Shown: positions 1 through 11,099, counted from the stretch's first letter. The stretch is 64,000 bases of DNA from Patescibacteria group bacterium (GCA_026416845.1 JAOAEL010000002.1:111422-175421); one strand, 5' to 3'. The notes: a model not told the origin generated them from the sequence alone. Numbers and translations: made by a program.

Positions 1-1
1 T

Positions 2-199
2 GCTAATACAGAAAGAGGAATATTTTTAAGATATTCAGGAAATCTCGCAGAAAAATTTCATAACGAAATAAGACAAATTTTCCCTATGATAGACCATATA
101 GGACTAGTTCCTCAAAACACTCAAAATACTCAAGCAAATCAAAATAACAAAAATAAAAACGTATTTAACATTAAAAAAATAAATTTATCAACCAATTAA
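2..199 (+). CDS. C-terminal fragment of a hypothetical protein (gene starts upstream of window)
   Basis: Open frame from the window edge to TAA at 197-199 (…ANTERGIFLRYSGNLAEKFHNEIRQIF…NVFNIKKINLSTN*); no recognisable domain. Confidence 0.25.
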   Translation, partial: ANTERGIFLRYSGNLAEKFHNEIRQIFPMIDHIGLVPQNTQNTQANQNNKNKNVFNIKKINLSTN

Positions 200-211
200 C
201 TTTTAGATTGT

Positions 212-805
212 TCAAAAATCAATCGAAAAATCTAAATCAGGAGGCATAAATGCTTTCTCCCTAATGTTAGTAGAATCAATTTGTTTCACAAGAATGCTCA
301 ATTCCTCTTCCAACATTAAAATATTTTTATCATCTGCATAAATTGAATTCTGAATCGGTCTATACTCAAGCTGCATAGAAGTTGGAGTTTTTTCTAAAGA
401 AGTTAAAACATTCTGTTTTACATCAGATTTCAAAAATAAATTCAAAATTAAACCTGTGGTAAAAATAATAACAAATAAAGTTAACAATCCAATCAAAATT
501 TTTTTGACTAAAGTAAGTTTAAAAGAATTTTCAACTTTTGCAAACAACTGATTTACAACTTGGACAAAATCAAAACCGTTTTTCTTGTTTACATGCAATA
601 ATGCATGCCTTATTTTCTCTTCAACAAATGAAATAATTTTTTCCAGCACTTCTTTTACCTTTTTTATGTCAGAATTTATTGGATTATCCGCATCAGCAGA
701 CTTAATGTCTTCACTTTTGACACCATAAAATGTCTTTAAAGAAGATCCAGACTTACCCATTAACATATTAACCCAATCTGAAAAAAATTGTGATACTTTG
801 TCCAT
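212..805 (-). CDS. hypothetical protein with single predicted TM helix
   Basis: 197-aa ORF; hydrophobic stretch LIGLLTLFVIIFTTGLILNLFL; no recognisable motif. Confidence 0.45.
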   Translation of the reverse strand: MDKVSQFFSDWVNMLMGKSGSSLKTFYGVKSEDIKSADADNPINSDIKKVKEVLEKIISFVEEKIRHALLHVNKKNGFDFVQVVNQLFAKVENSFKLTLVKKILIGLLTLFVIIFTTGLILNLFLKSDVKQNVLTSLEKTPTSMQLEYRPIQNSIYADDKNILMLEEELSILVKQIDSTNIREKAFMPPDLDFSIDF

Positions 806-847
806 ATTATTTTATTAAATAACAACTATAAATCTAATATACTTTTA

Positions 848-1729
848 TTATCGACTCTTGATTTCTTTAATCACTTCTTTTAAAAACGAACCTACTTCCC
901 TAAAAAACTGTTGAGATTCTGCTAAATGAATCACCATTGAGTTGTACACACTTAATCCATCTTGAGATTTGGTCAATCTATCAACTTCTTCTCGTGCTTT
1001 TAATTGCAACGCACTTGCTCTTGTCATTCTATTTTCACTTTCAAGCAAAAATCTTTCTATATTTTTAATTTTTCGGGGATCTAATTGATACTCAGGTCTT
1101 TCCTCAGACTTTATAATACCTTTAAGATTCTTTAACTTATCTATAACACTATTTAGACTAAGCCTAAAACTTTCTATCTTCCCATCTGAAATATAATAAA
1201 AAACTTCATAGGATAAGAGTTTAGTTTGTCTATATCGCGCACCTGCCTTATTAGAATCATTTACCAAATTCTCAAGAGTCTCAGCGCTTGGCAAAATCTC
1301 AGTATGTTTCATGTACCAATCTTTCTCCAAGTTGATAGCAATGTCCAATCTATTTTTTGTCTCATAAGAAACACCCTCGGCCATAAACAATCTCTCCCTT
1401 AAAACATTTAAATAGTTAACAACAACATCGTTCCTTGCAATTAACATCTCTAAAGTAGCTTTATATGCTTCTTGTTGAGCAGTTAGAGTTTTAAACTTGA
1501 TATACTGACTTCTTCTCAACAAATATTCTTCATGAGCTTTTTTGTATTTTTCCAATGATAAGTTGTATTCTGTTAAAACCTGTTTATACAATGCATCGTT
1601 AACAGTCGAAACCGTTTCGGATAAACCGGTATCTGTAGGCGAAGTTTCATCCTGAGCACTAACAACATCAAACAAAACAAAACCAATCAAAAGCATAATA
1701 AAAATAGGCACAACCGTTAATTTAATCAT
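848..1729 (-). CDS. hypothetical secreted/anchored coiled-coil protein
   Basis: 293-aa ORF; N-terminal signal-like MIKLTVVPIFIMLLIGFVLFDVVSA; remainder charged/heptad-like. Confidence 0.45.
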   Translation of the reverse strand: MIKLTVVPIFIMLLIGFVLFDVVSAQDETSPTDTGLSETVSTVNDALYKQVLTEYNLSLEKYKKAHEEYLLRRSQYIKFKTLTAQQEAYKATLEMLIARNDVVVNYLNVLRERLFMAEGVSYETKNRLDIAINLEKDWYMKHTEILPSAETLENLVNDSNKAGARYRQTKLLSYEVFYYISDGKIESFRLSLNSVIDKLKNLKGIIKSEERPEYQLDPRKIKNIERFLLESENRMTRASALQLKAREEVDRLTKSQDGLSVYNSMVIHLAESQQFFREVGSFLKEVIKEIKSR

Positions 1730-1792
1730 TAAATTAATTTAACATCTTCACAAAAAATTTTCTTTAGTGGCAAAAATTTTCTATTCAAGTTG

Positions 1793-3214
1793 CTATTTTT
1801 TTCTAACCAAAGAACCTTCTTTTGCATCGTTGACAATATACCCTTTTATTTCTATCTCTTGTCTAATCTTATCAGCCTCTGAGAAATTCCCTGACTTTCT
1901 CAATTTATCCCGCTGTTTAAGTAACTCTAAAATTTCATCTGGTATTTCTTCTCTAATTCCTGCTCTGATTTCAGACAACCCTAATCCCAACACTTGATCA
2001 AATTCGCAAGTTAAATCGTATTTGTCTTCTGATGGTATATTGCTTTTAAGAACAGTCCACAAAACTGCTAATGCCCTAGGGATAGCTAAATCATCATTTA
2101 TCGCATCCCTAAATCTTCTTGCAAAATCTTCCCTTTTTGCATCCTTCTCGAAAGATAAAACAGTTCTTTGATTCTGACTATAAGCGGCAAAGACCTGAGA
2201 TCTTAAATTTGAGAGAGCGTTTTGGGCTGAAGACAAAGACCCCCAAGTGAAATTTAGAGGATCCCTGTAATGAGCTGTTAAATACAAATATCGTAATGCC
2301 AGAGGCTCAAACCCTTTATTAACAACATCGTCAATTGTGAAAAGATTACCCAAACTTTTACTCATTTTTTGACCATTAACCATCAAAAAAGCATGATGTA
2401 CCCAATATTTGACAAATGGACTTTTGCCTGTAGCTGCTTCCGATTGAGCAATTTCATTGGGATGGTGTACAGATAAATGATCTTCGCCTCCTGTATGAAT
2501 ATCAAATTGCTCTCCTAAGTATTTCATACTCATTGCAGAACATTCAATATGCCAACCGGGGAATCCATCTCCCCAAGGAGAATCCCAATGCATAATATGA
2601 TCTTTATGTATGCCAATTCTTTTTACCCATAAAACAAAGTCATAAGGACTTTTCTGGTACTTGCCTTTGATAACATTATCTCTTGCCGTTTTTTTATCAG
2701 TAAGCCTTTGCCCAAATAACTCTCCGTATTTATCAAATTTATCAGCCTCAAAATAAACAGCTTCAGGAGTATCATATGCAAATCCTTTATCTATCAATTT
2801 CTGTATTAATTGTATTTGTTCAGTAATATGCTCTGTGGCTCTACAAATAATGTCCGGGCGAATAATATTTAACTTGTCCATTGATTCATAGAAGTAATTT
2901 TCAAAAAATCTAGCTATCTCGTATGGATCTTTGCCATATTTTCTGGCACCTTTTTCCATTTTATCTTCTCCTTCATTCGCGTCAGAAACTAAATGGCCAA
3001 CATCTGTAACATTTTGCACATGAGTAACACTGTAACCATTATAAACAAGAACACGCTTAAGCAAATCATCCATTACATACTTTCTGCAACTTCCTATGTG
3101 CGCATAGTCATAAACAGTAAAGCCACAGGTGTACATTCCAACTCTAAGAGTGTTAATAGGCTCAAATTTTTCTTTTTTCTTAGTTAAAGAATTGTACAAA
3201 AAAATATCTGACAT
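1793..3214 (-). CDS. cysS: cysteine--tRNA ligase
   Basis: 473 aa; class I aaRS HIGH-like (YAHIGS) and KMSKS ([10 protein letters not shown]) motifs; overall CysRS-like sequence incl. WHIECS zinc site. Confidence 0.9.
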   Translation of the reverse strand: MSDIFLYNSLTKKKEKFEPINTLRVGMYTCGFTVYDYAHIGSCRKYVMDDLLKRVLVYNGYSVTHVQNVTDVGHLVSDANEGEDKMEKGARKYGKDPYEIARFFENYFYESMDKLNIIRPDIICRATEHITEQIQLIQKLIDKGFAYDTPEAVYFEADKFDKYGELFGQRLTDKKTARDNVIKGKYQKSPYDFVLWVKRIGIHKDHIMHWDSPWGDGFPGWHIECSAMSMKYLGEQFDIHTGGEDHLSVHHPNEIAQSEAATGKSPFVKYWVHHAFLMVNGQKMSKSLGNLFTIDDVVNKGFEPLALRYLYLTAHYRDPLNFTWGSLSSAQNALSNLRSQVFAAYSQNQRTVLSFEKDAKREDFARRFRDAINDDLAIPRALAVLWTVLKSNIPSEDKYDLTCEFDQVLGLGLSEIRAGIREEIPDEILELLKQRDKLRKSGNFSEADKIRQEIEIKGYIVNDAKEGSLVRKK

Positions 3215-3253
3215 CTACCTGAAAGTAATGTTAACAAGAATCCGAAAACTTTT

Positions 3254-3751
3254 CTAACCTTTTGCTTGTCTTCCTGTCTCTGACTTAGTTAATTTTTGGC
3301 TAACAACCAAAGGCTGCCCTTTGTTTGTTTTTTTGCCTGGGATAGGCAATTGTGGACCTTTTTTAGGAGAAGGAGGCAGAATAACTTGCCCTTGAGCCTC
3401 GTTATCAGGTTTACGCATCAATTCGTCTTGTTGTTTCTGCCAATCAGCAATATTTTTTTGCCTTTGCATCCTAAGTCGTCTCAATTCTTCCTCAAGTCTT
3501 TGAATTTTTACCATATCTAATCTTTTTATTTCTTCTTCTTCAGACTGAGAAAGCAAAGCACCCTTTTCATGATCTTGTGTAAAAAAAAGATTTGCCAAAC
3601 TAGACTGTTCCACCTGCTGATGTCTTATTGCACGTTTTTGAGGTGTTTCAATTCCCAACTGCTGACCAGCTGATTTAGCAAAAGCAACAGCCTGTTGTTT
3701 GGCAGATTGCCCAACTTTATTCCCAATCTTGGAAAAAAATCGATAATTCAT
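3254..3751 (-). CDS. hypothetical charged coiled-coil protein
   Basis: 165-aa ORF rich in Q/E/K/R; no TM; no recognisable domain. Confidence 0.4.
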   Translation of the reverse strand: MNYRFFSKIGNKVGQSAKQQAVAFAKSAGQQLGIETPQKRAIRHQQVEQSSLANLFFTQDHEKGALLSQSEEEEIKRLDMVKIQRLEEELRRLRMQRQKNIADWQKQQDELMRKPDNEAQGQVILPPSPKKGPQLPIPGKKTNKGQPLVVSQKLTKSETGRQAKG

Positions 3752-3832
3752 AACTAAATTTTATCTTACTTGATTGTAATATTTTATAATTAAGGGAAGG
3801 ACTTTTCCAACAAAACCAACAAGTCAGATCTG

Positions 3833-4441
3833 TTACAACTCCCGCCTGCCATCTATTGCCTGACGCAATGTCAGCTCATCCGCATATTCCAAGTCAGCGC
3901 CAGTTGGTATACCTATACCCAATCTTGTAACTTTTGTCTTCATATCTAGTTTCTTAAGTTTATTTAGTATCACCATCGCAGTCGCCTCACCTTCCATTGT
4001 TGGATTTGTTGCAATTATCATCTCCTCTACTAAACCACTACCTTTTTGTAATCTCATTATAAGAGCATCAACAAAAATTTCATCAGGACCAATATTTTCA
4101 AGAGGATTAATCGCGCCGTGCAAGACATGATAAACACCATTAAAGCGTCCCGATTTTTCTATGGCAAGCAAATCCATGGGCTGTTCCACAACCATTAGAA
4201 CTTTTTTGTTGCGAGAACTATCACTGCAAATAGGACACAGGTCAGTTTCAGAAACATTTTTACATTCTTTACATAACATAGTCTTTCTTTTTAGATCTGA
4301 AAGTGCTACTGCAAAATTATCAAGTTCAACTTGCGGAACATGAAGCAAATAATAGGCAAGTTTCTGTGCAGATTTTGGCCCAATACCCGGCAGTTTTGAA
4401 AAGCAATCAATAACCCGCTGAACAGGTTTTGCAATTCTCAT
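3833..4441 (-). CDS. recR: recombination protein RecR
   Basis: HhH (GIGPKSAQKLAYYLL), C4 zinc finger (CKECKNVSETDLCPICSD), Toprim region; ORF extends to 4492 but RecR homology begins at MRIAKPV (start 4441). Confidence 0.85.
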   Translation of the reverse strand: MRIAKPVQRVIDCFSKLPGIGPKSAQKLAYYLLHVPQVELDNFAVALSDLKRKTMLCKECKNVSETDLCPICSDSSRNKKVLMVVEQPMDLLAIEKSGRFNGVYHVLHGAINPLENIGPDEIFVDALIMRLQKGSGLVEEMIIATNPTMEGEATAMVILNKLKKLDMKTKVTRLGIGIPTGADLEYADELTLRQAIDGRREL

Positions 4442-4564
4442 AAAAAAATACAACAAACTTATATTACACCAAAACAATGTGACACATAACAACTATAAGA
4501 GGCAAAAAAGATTTAATAAAAACAAAAATCGGGAAGGAAGCAAAACTAAAAAAGAAGCAAATCG

Positions 4565-4852
4565 CTATTTACCAATTCCACCTAAAAGCCCGCTTAGACC
4601 TCCACCTGCCTCCATCATCTTTTTTGCGGATTTTTTCTGGACTTCTTTCATCGCATTGTTTATGACAATTACCAAATCATTTCTTTCTTCTCCATTTATC
4701 TCTAAATACTTGATCTTTTGAGTGCCATCAACTTTTACTAAAATGCCATTTTTTTCTTCAGTATGCTCTACCTGCTCAAGTTGTTTTTGCAATTGCTGAG
4801 CTTGGTTGCGCAAATCCCACAACTGTTTTGCCTGTTGAAATTTATCAAACAT
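4565..4852 (-). CDS. ybaB: YbaB/EbfC nucleoid-associated protein
   Basis: 95 aa; conserved position between dnaX and recR; sequence pattern …QAQQLQKQLEQ…GGGLSGLLG typical of YbaB. Confidence 0.8.
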   Translation of the reverse strand: MFDKFQQAKQLWDLRNQAQQLQKQLEQVEHTEEKNGILVKVDGTQKIKYLEINGEERNDLVIVINNAMKEVQKKSAKKMMEAGGGLSGLLGGIGK

Positions 4853-4919
4853 AATTAATATAAACTAATATTCGTATTTACAACTATAATTAAGTATTAT
4901 GATAGATAATACAATAAAA

Positions 4920-6647
4920 CTAATCTTTAAACAACTCTTTAGCAACTTTAACTATATCATTATCACTAGCTTCAGTCAAAACCAAATCTTTACTGGACAT
5001 AAGACTACATTCAGTAGAAGAATGTTCTGCAATGGTCATAGATTGATGCTCAAAAACATTAATTGATGAATCTATTAAAACAAAATCAATTTTTCTTAAA
5101 AAAAACAAAATACCTCGCACAACATCATAAACAACATCAATATGTGGTCTGGATTCTAACCTCTCTTTGTGAAATTTATAATAAACACCAAGAACCAACT
5201 TATTACCATCATACGAAATTGGTTTTGCAGCTCGCAAAAGAGCTTCCGTAGAAGAATTCACTAAACGAATTTTTGCCAATATCATTTGCCATTGATCAGG
5301 TAGTAAATCTATACAATTTCTAGCCGTATCATCTTTTACTGGATTTAGTTTATGGTTTTGACGGTTTGTATTTTCTTGATTTTGACCATACTTAGCCATT
5401 TGCACCCGATCATCTAAACTGTAATTATTATTAACTTGTAAAAATGCATTTGAATCAAGCTTGGAATTTACATTCCTAAAACCCAATTTTTTCTGTAAAA
5501 CAGAATGAAAATTTGATGGAGATGTTCCCGAATTGACAGATTCATTTTCAAAGACATCTACGGATTCTTTTTTTCGCAATTTTGCAAAATTACCTTTATT
5601 TTCCGAAGATTTTACCTGTAAATTGCAAGCCTTGATTACAAAAATCTCAAGCGGCAATTGCTCTACACTAGATACTTCCATATCACGACTGGCATTCAAA
5701 AGCAAATTCACATAATCTGTTAAAATATCTGCATCTATACTCGGCAAAAGATCATCTTCTTCAATTATCTTTGATAAAATTAATTTTCTTAAGTAATTAA
5801 GCAAGCTTTCAATCATTATCTTTGCACTTACACCCAACTTAAGCGAATTTTCTATCAAATTTAAACTTTCTTTGATTTTTCCAGCATTAATCAACTCAAT
5901 AAGTTCGTTTGGGGAAAATTCTTTTGAGTGAAACAAATACTGATTTACTGATTCATTCTCAAGAGCAATATTTTCAACAATACATTGCTCTAACTTTTTT
6001 ACAGCATCTCGAAATGATCCATCTGCAAACTGCGCGATTAATCGAAGCGCTTCAATTTGATATTCTACATTCTCGTTTTTTGCAATCAACTCAAGCCTTG
6101 AAACAATCTCTTCTGTTGTAGCTTTTGTAAAATTTATAACTGTACATCTTGACAAAACAGTAGGTAACAATTTTTCCGGATTGGTAGTTGCCAATATAAA
6201 AATAACATGTCTAGGAGGCTCCTCCAATGTTTTTAAAAGAGCATTTGCCGCTTCAGTTGTTAACATATGACATTCATCAATAATGTAAACTTTATATTTA
6301 GATTTAAACGGGGCAAGTTTTATAGTTTCACGCAACAACCTAATATCATCAATTCCTCTATGACTTGCAGCATCTATTTCTATAACATCCAAATTTTCTC
6401 CTTTCGTTATAGACACACATGACTCACACTCGTTACACGGTAGATCACTTTCTTGTTCATTCGATTGGCAGTTAACATATTTTGCAACAATTCTTGCTGT
6501 TGAAGTTTTGCCAGTTCCCTTTGTTCCAATAAACAAAAATGCATGGGGAATTTTACCGGAGAGAAGAATCTTGCTAACAGACTCGCGCACAGATTTGATA
6601 TCAATATCTGATAATTTTTGAGGACGATACTTCAGATAAAGCGTCAT
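4920..6647 (-). CDS. dnaX: DNA polymerase III subunit gamma/tau
   Basis: LYLKYRPQKLSDI…GTKGTGKTSTARIVAKYVNC (Walker A) …zinc module CNECESC; likely start at MTLYLKYRPQ (6647) inside the 4920..6680 ORF. Confidence 0.85.
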   Translation of the reverse strand: MTLYLKYRPQKLSDIDIKSVRESVSKILLSGKIPHAFLFIGTKGTGKTSTARIVAKYVNCQSNEQESDLPCNECESCVSITKGENLDVIEIDAASHRGIDDIRLLRETIKLAPFKSKYKVYIIDECHMLTTEAANALLKTLEEPPRHVIFILATTNPEKLLPTVLSRCTVINFTKATTEEIVSRLELIAKNENVEYQIEALRLIAQFADGSFRDAVKKLEQCIVENIALENESVNQYLFHSKEFSPNELIELINAGKIKESLNLIENSLKLGVSAKIMIESLLNYLRKLILSKIIEEDDLLPSIDADILTDYVNLLLNASRDMEVSSVEQLPLEIFVIKACNLQVKSSENKGNFAKLRKKESVDVFENESVNSGTSPSNFHSVLQKKLGFRNVNSKLDSNAFLQVNNNYSLDDRVQMAKYGQNQENTNRQNHKLNPVKDDTARNCIDLLPDQWQMILAKIRLVNSSTEALLRAAKPISYDGNKLVLGVYYKFHKERLESRPHIDVVYDVVRGILFFLRKIDFVLIDSSINVFEHQSMTIAEHSSTECSLMSSKDLVLTEASDNDIVKVAKELFKD

Positions 6648-6777
6648 ATCTTCCTTTAAGAAGATATCACGAATAATCAACTAATGATATAGAACAAAAC
6701 CCAAAAACTGAAGCTATAATTATTTTGCTCCAAATAACAAATTGCCCCAATTTTCGTTAATATCAAAAATGACAAAT

Positions 6778-7161
6778 CTAATCATGGTGAATACCCAAAA
6801 GATGCTTTGCTCCATGCTCGATAAGGTAATATAACCACTCATCAAGTGATTTGTTTGCAGCTTTAGCTTCATCTTTGGCCTTCTCGTAACACACCACAAT
6901 ATCTCCTAATCTATTTATTCCATCCGGATCAGGTAAAAAGTCTCTCACTTCGGAATAAGCAAACGACAAAACATTGTGAAGATTGTTTGGCTCAAATAAA
7001 TATTTCCTCGCGAGATTTAACATCTCTGAATAACCAGTTATCCTAATAGAAACTTCACAATCATCCTGTACTTTATTTCTTAAAAAATTAGTTAAATTTC
7101 CAACTATTAAACGCTCATTTATAGGATACTTAAAAGGATTTGATATAAATATCTTTAGCAT
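6778..7161 (-). CDS. ybeY: endoribonuclease YbeY (rRNA maturation factor)
   Basis: 127 aa; C-terminal H..KHLLGIHHD matches YbeY HxxxHxxGxxH metal site. Confidence 0.65.
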   Translation of the reverse strand: MLKIFISNPFKYPINERLIVGNLTNFLRNKVQDDCEVSIRITGYSEMLNLARKYLFEPNNLHNVLSFAYSEVRDFLPDPDGINRLGDIVVCYEKAKDEAKAANKSLDEWLYYLIEHGAKHLLGIHHD

Positions 7162-7162
7162 A

Positions 7163-7708
7163 TCAAAGCTTTACAAAATACAAATTAGGAATATCCATTT
7201 TGTACATTTCTTCGAGAGACAAATTTTTATTTATTCTTAAAATATTCCTAATAACACTTCCACTGGTAATACATAAAACAACTTTTTCTTCATCTAAACA
7301 CAAAACATCGTTAATAAATTCATTAACTCTATTAGAAACTTCCTCATGCGATTCTCCTTTTGGCGGCTTCCTTTTGAACCTTAATTCATAATCTACAAAA
7401 TTATCACTAGAATCATACACTTCAGCATACAATTTACCTTCATTTTCCCCAAAATCACGTTCATTTAATCTTGGATCCATCAAAAGAACAGCATCTTTAT
7501 ATCTTTTCTTTATCTTCCAAGCCATATATTTTGTGCGATTACTTTCCGCATAATAAATTATATCTATTCTTTTTAATTGAAGATTTTTTACAAAATTAGA
7601 TGCTTCTTCTTCCCCTTTTTTGGTAATAGGACCTTCCTTTCTACCTTGAAACCTACCTTCAACATTCCAAACAGTTTCAGGATGTCTCAACAAATATATG
7701 TCAGTCAT
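7163..7708 (-). CDS. histidine phosphatase (PGAM-like) family protein
   Basis: N-terminal LLRHPETVWNVEGRFQGR resembles the RHG catalytic motif region of the histidine phosphatase superfamily. Confidence 0.55.
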   Translation of the reverse strand: MTDIYLLRHPETVWNVEGRFQGRKEGPITKKGEEEASNFVKNLQLKRIDIIYYAESNRTKYMAWKIKKRYKDAVLLMDPRLNERDFGENEGKLYAEVYDSSDNFVDYELRFKRKPPKGESHEEVSNRVNEFINDVLCLDEEKVVLCITSGSVIRNILRINKNLSLEEMYKMDIPNLYFVKL

Positions 7709-8687
7709 ATCTTTTCTTAATCTCTAGCAAATATTCTAATTGCTTTATCGCTTTAGAAGCGGTAGTAAATAAACCATCTTTAATCTTATCTTTAATATTA
7801 TCAATATTTTCTTTACGAAAATTGGAATATTCTAATATAGCATTAAAATACTTACCCCTCTTTATTAACGCTAATTCCCTTATACATCTAAAAAGAATAA
7901 CTCTCCAAAAATAAATTCTGGATTTTGGATCCTGAAACTTATCGTGACTAAATAATATGCTTAAAAATTTTTCTTGTTTCAACGAATCAAGAGACAATTG
8001 TACAAAAACTCTTCCTTCATCCCAACCGCGCCTTGCTAATCCCAAAGTTTCCATATCTATAACATTAATTACATCCTTACCATTAATATGAACTATACGC
8101 CAATTGCTAGGATTTGCATCTTTATGTTGCACAACTCTAGGCAAACATTCAATAACCTCTTGTGAATTTTCTATCAAAGTTTGAATTTTTTCGAAATTAA
8201 CACCTAAACCTTGAAAATCATCAACAACTTGCATCCAATCTAAAAAAAGTAAATTTAAAACATTCTTAAGCTCCTCTTCATCTTCTCCTTCAAAATCTTC
8301 TGTAGGCAATAGATATTCAAAAGCATCAAACATTTTAAGCAAAAGTCGAAAAGCTTTTTCACTGTCATTATTATTACCAGTTTTAAATTTTCCAAAACGC
8401 TCTAAAATGTTATAAGGGGTAAAAAGCGGAAACCTAAAAAAGGCTACATATTCTTGCCCAAGATCATCTTTCAAGTTTTTAGTTTTCAGCAAAAATGGAT
8501 AAAATACTCCCATTTCAGACAACACACTCCTATATTTTTGAAGAATAAAATAATTTTTCAATTCTTTCTCACTAGTAATTTTATACACGACTGCACCATC
8601 CGAACTTAGCCTAACTAAATTTCTACCTTCACTGTTAATTAATTGTGTGTCATTTAAACTTATATTTATTAATGAAAGTGTCTCCAT
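7701..8687 (-). CDS. phosphotransferase (APH/choline-kinase-like) family protein
   Basis: HKDANPSNWRI…VIDMETLGLARRGWDEG resembles HxDxxxxN catalytic loop and IDWE/D motif of the APH kinase fold; 8-bp overlap with downstream phosphatase gene. Confidence 0.45.
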   Translation of the reverse strand: METLSLINISLNDTQLINSEGRNLVRLSSDGAVVYKITSEKELKNYFILQKYRSVLSEMGVFYPFLLKTKNLKDDLGQEYVAFFRFPLFTPYNILERFGKFKTGNNNDSEKAFRLLLKMFDAFEYLLPTEDFEGEDEEELKNVLNLLFLDWMQVVDDFQGLGVNFEKIQTLIENSQEVIECLPRVVQHKDANPSNWRIVHINGKDVINVIDMETLGLARRGWDEGRVFVQLSLDSLKQEKFLSILFSHDKFQDPKSRIYFWRVILFRCIRELALIKRGKYFNAILEYSNFRKENIDNIKDKIKDGLFTTASKAIKQLEYLLEIKKRYD

Positions 8688-8716
8688 GTCGGTTAATTTC
8701 AGTCAAATTGGACAAA

Positions 8717-9187
8717 TCATTTTTGCTGTTCATGCATCAAGTAACCATTAAACAATATTTTTTTAACAACATTTGCTATCTCAGTGCCATCGGCAGAAAA
8801 TCCAACCTTTTCTTTGACTTTAGAAATTGCTTTGCCCATATCTTTGACTCCAGAAAAATTATTTTCTTGAATAACTTGTTTTGCAATTGAAAGCAACTCA
8901 GTATCACTTATTTCAGGCGGCAGGAATTCTTTTAGGATTTCAAGTTCTTGTTGTTCCCAAGAAGCTTTATCCAAAGCTCCAACTTTTTCATAAGCAACTA
9001 TTGCGTCTTTGCGCTTTTTTACCTCCCGTTTTACAACAGCTATCTCTTCTTCATAAGAAAGATCATGCTGTCTAGCTATCTTTTCATAATTGATCGCCGA
9101 AGAAAGCATACGAAGCACAGAAACCCTCACTTCATCCTTGTCCTTTATCGCTTTCATTAACAACTTGGTAACAGAATCTTGTAGCAT
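8717..9187 (-). CDS. GatB/YqeY domain protein
   Basis: 156 aa; N-terminal LMKAIKDKDEVRVSVLRMLSSAINYEKI typical of YqeY family. Confidence 0.7.
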   Translation of the reverse strand: MLQDSVTKLLMKAIKDKDEVRVSVLRMLSSAINYEKIARQHDLSYEEEIAVVKREVKKRKDAIVAYEKVGALDKASWEQQELEILKEFLPPEISDTELLSIAKQVIQENNFSGVKDMGKAISKVKEKVGFSADGTEIANVVKKILFNGYLMHEQQK

Positions 9188-9250
9188 AGATAGGATTATA
9201 TCAAATAACCTATTGTTTGGGGCCTTTGAATAAATCTATTCTTATAGAAA

Positions 9251-9571
9251 TCAAACTGCTCTATCAACGGAGATTTCACCAAGAAGATGAACGTGCATAT
9301 GCTTAATTGCAGCCGAATCGCCAGCGTTATTTACAATTCTAAAACCTGTCAAACCTTTTGACCTTGCTATCAAAATAGCAACATCTTTTATCTCTTGCCA
9401 CACTTGATTTTCGACTTCAGTAATGTCTTGATAGTGCTTTTTAGGCACTATCAAAAGATGAAGTGGAGCCTGAGGATGTATATCACGAAAAACTACCAAA
9501 TTTTCAGTCTCCTTCTCAAATTTTGTATCCAGCTCACCTGTGATAATTTTGCAAAAAACACAATCGGACAT
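9251..9571 (-). CDS. HIT (histidine triad) family hydrolase
   Basis: 106 aa; HMHVHLL histidine-triad motif; CVFCKI N-terminus typical of HINT proteins. Confidence 0.8.
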   Translation of the reverse strand: MSDCVFCKIITGELDTKFEKETENLVVFRDIHPQAPLHLLIVPKKHYQDITEVENQVWQEIKDVAILIARSKGLTGFRIVNNAGDSAAIKHMHVHLLGEISVDRAV

Positions 9572-9638
9572 TTTTATTTACAACTTAAGTCTAGCAAGAT
9601 AATATTAACTTCTCAACATTAAAATACCAAAATTCTAC

Positions 9639-11099
9639 CTAATACGCTTGAGCAAAATACCATCTAAATTTTGCAGATTTGCCGCAATATACACATTTGC
9701 CAATATCTTCTTTCTCATTAAGAAATCGACAACGCGTGGTTGCTTTTGTTTCTTCTTTTATTTTTTGCTCACAACCAACATCTTCGCACCAAAAAGACCT
9801 CAAAAAACCTTTACCAGCCAACATTCTTTCTTTAAATTCTTCATAATTATCAACCAAATGAGTATTTGCGCGCAAAACATTCTTAGCATTTTCAAACATT
9901 TTATTTTGAATTTGGCTTAAAAATTGTTCAACTCTATCGGGCAAGTCTTCAAATTTTGAAATTTTGTTATCCATATCAAACAATCTAAAAGAATAAGATA
10001 TTATCTTTTCTTGAACTTCCCTAATCCCTATAGCTATTTTTATTGGTATTCCTTTTAACTCCGCTTCGTTTACCCTCCAGCCAAAACTTTTTTCAAAATC
10101 ATCAAATATTTCTATTCTGCCTGGATAAGCACTTGTAGAATTTGTCAAAGTCTGTTTTATCTTTTCGCAATATTTAAGAACTTGATCATCTTTTTTGCCA
10201 AATATCGGAATGATAGCTACTTTTATAGGAGCAACTCTGGGGGGTAAAACTAAACCACTATCATCACCATGTGTCAAAAACAAAGCGCCCAAAGATCTTG
10301 TCGAGAAACCCCACGAATTTTGCCACACATATTGAGAAACTCCATTTTTATCCTGAAAAGATATATTTAGGGCTTTTGAGAAATTTTGACCCAAATCATG
10401 CGAAGTGCACGCTTGGAGAGCCTTGCCATCAGGCATTATCGCCTCTACAGTATATGTAAAATCCGCGCCAGCAAATTTCTCAGACTGGCTCTTAACTCCC
10501 AAAACAACAGGTATAGCATAAAAATCTTCATAAATCTGTCTATACCAATCAAGCGCTTTTAAAACCATTTCCAACGACTCTTCATGAGTGGCATGCGCAC
10601 AATGGCCTTCTTGCCATAAAAATTCAAGCGTACGTAAAAAAAGGTATGTTCTTTTTTCCCATCTTACGACATTGTTCCATTGATTGATCTTGACAGGCAA
10701 ATCGCGCCAGCTATGTATCCACTTAGCGTATTCTTGATACATTATCATCTCAGAAGTTGGACGAACAGCTAATGGTTCAGAAAGTTGCTCACCACCGCCA
10801 ATTGTCACCACCGCAAGTTCTGGAGAAAATCCTTCTATATGGCTTTTCTCTTTGTTAAAAAGAGACATAGGAATAAACATCGGAAAATAAGCATTTTCAA
10901 CTCCATCAATTTTAAACATAGCATCAAGCGCCTTTTGAACATTCTCCCACAGTGCATAACCATAAGGCTTTAGAATCATAGTCCCACGCACTGGACCATA
11001 ATCAGCAAGATCAGACTGAAGAACTACATCTGTATACCAATCAGATATGTTTTCTGATTTTTTGGTTATTAACTTTTTTTCAGTTTGTTTGTTTGTCAT
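9639..11099 (-). CDS. proS: proline--tRNA ligase (archaeal/eukaryotic-type class II, C-terminal zinc-binding domain)
   Basis: 486 aa; class II core motifs and C-terminal …CVYCGKSAKFRWYFAQAY characteristic of the ProRS C-terminal Zn domain ending in Tyr. Confidence 0.85.
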   Translation of the reverse strand: MTNKQTEKKLITKKSENISDWYTDVVLQSDLADYGPVRGTMILKPYGYALWENVQKALDAMFKIDGVENAYFPMFIPMSLFNKEKSHIEGFSPELAVVTIGGGEQLSEPLAVRPTSEMIMYQEYAKWIHSWRDLPVKINQWNNVVRWEKRTYLFLRTLEFLWQEGHCAHATHEESLEMVLKALDWYRQIYEDFYAIPVVLGVKSQSEKFAGADFTYTVEAIMPDGKALQACTSHDLGQNFSKALNISFQDKNGVSQYVWQNSWGFSTRSLGALFLTHGDDSGLVLPPRVAPIKVAIIPIFGKKDDQVLKYCEKIKQTLTNSTSAYPGRIEIFDDFEKSFGWRVNEAELKGIPIKIAIGIREVQEKIISYSFRLFDMDNKISKFEDLPDRVEQFLSQIQNKMFENAKNVLRANTHLVDNYEEFKERMLAGKGFLRSFWCEDVGCEQKIKEETKATTRCRFLNEKEDIGKCVYCGKSAKFRWYFAQAY

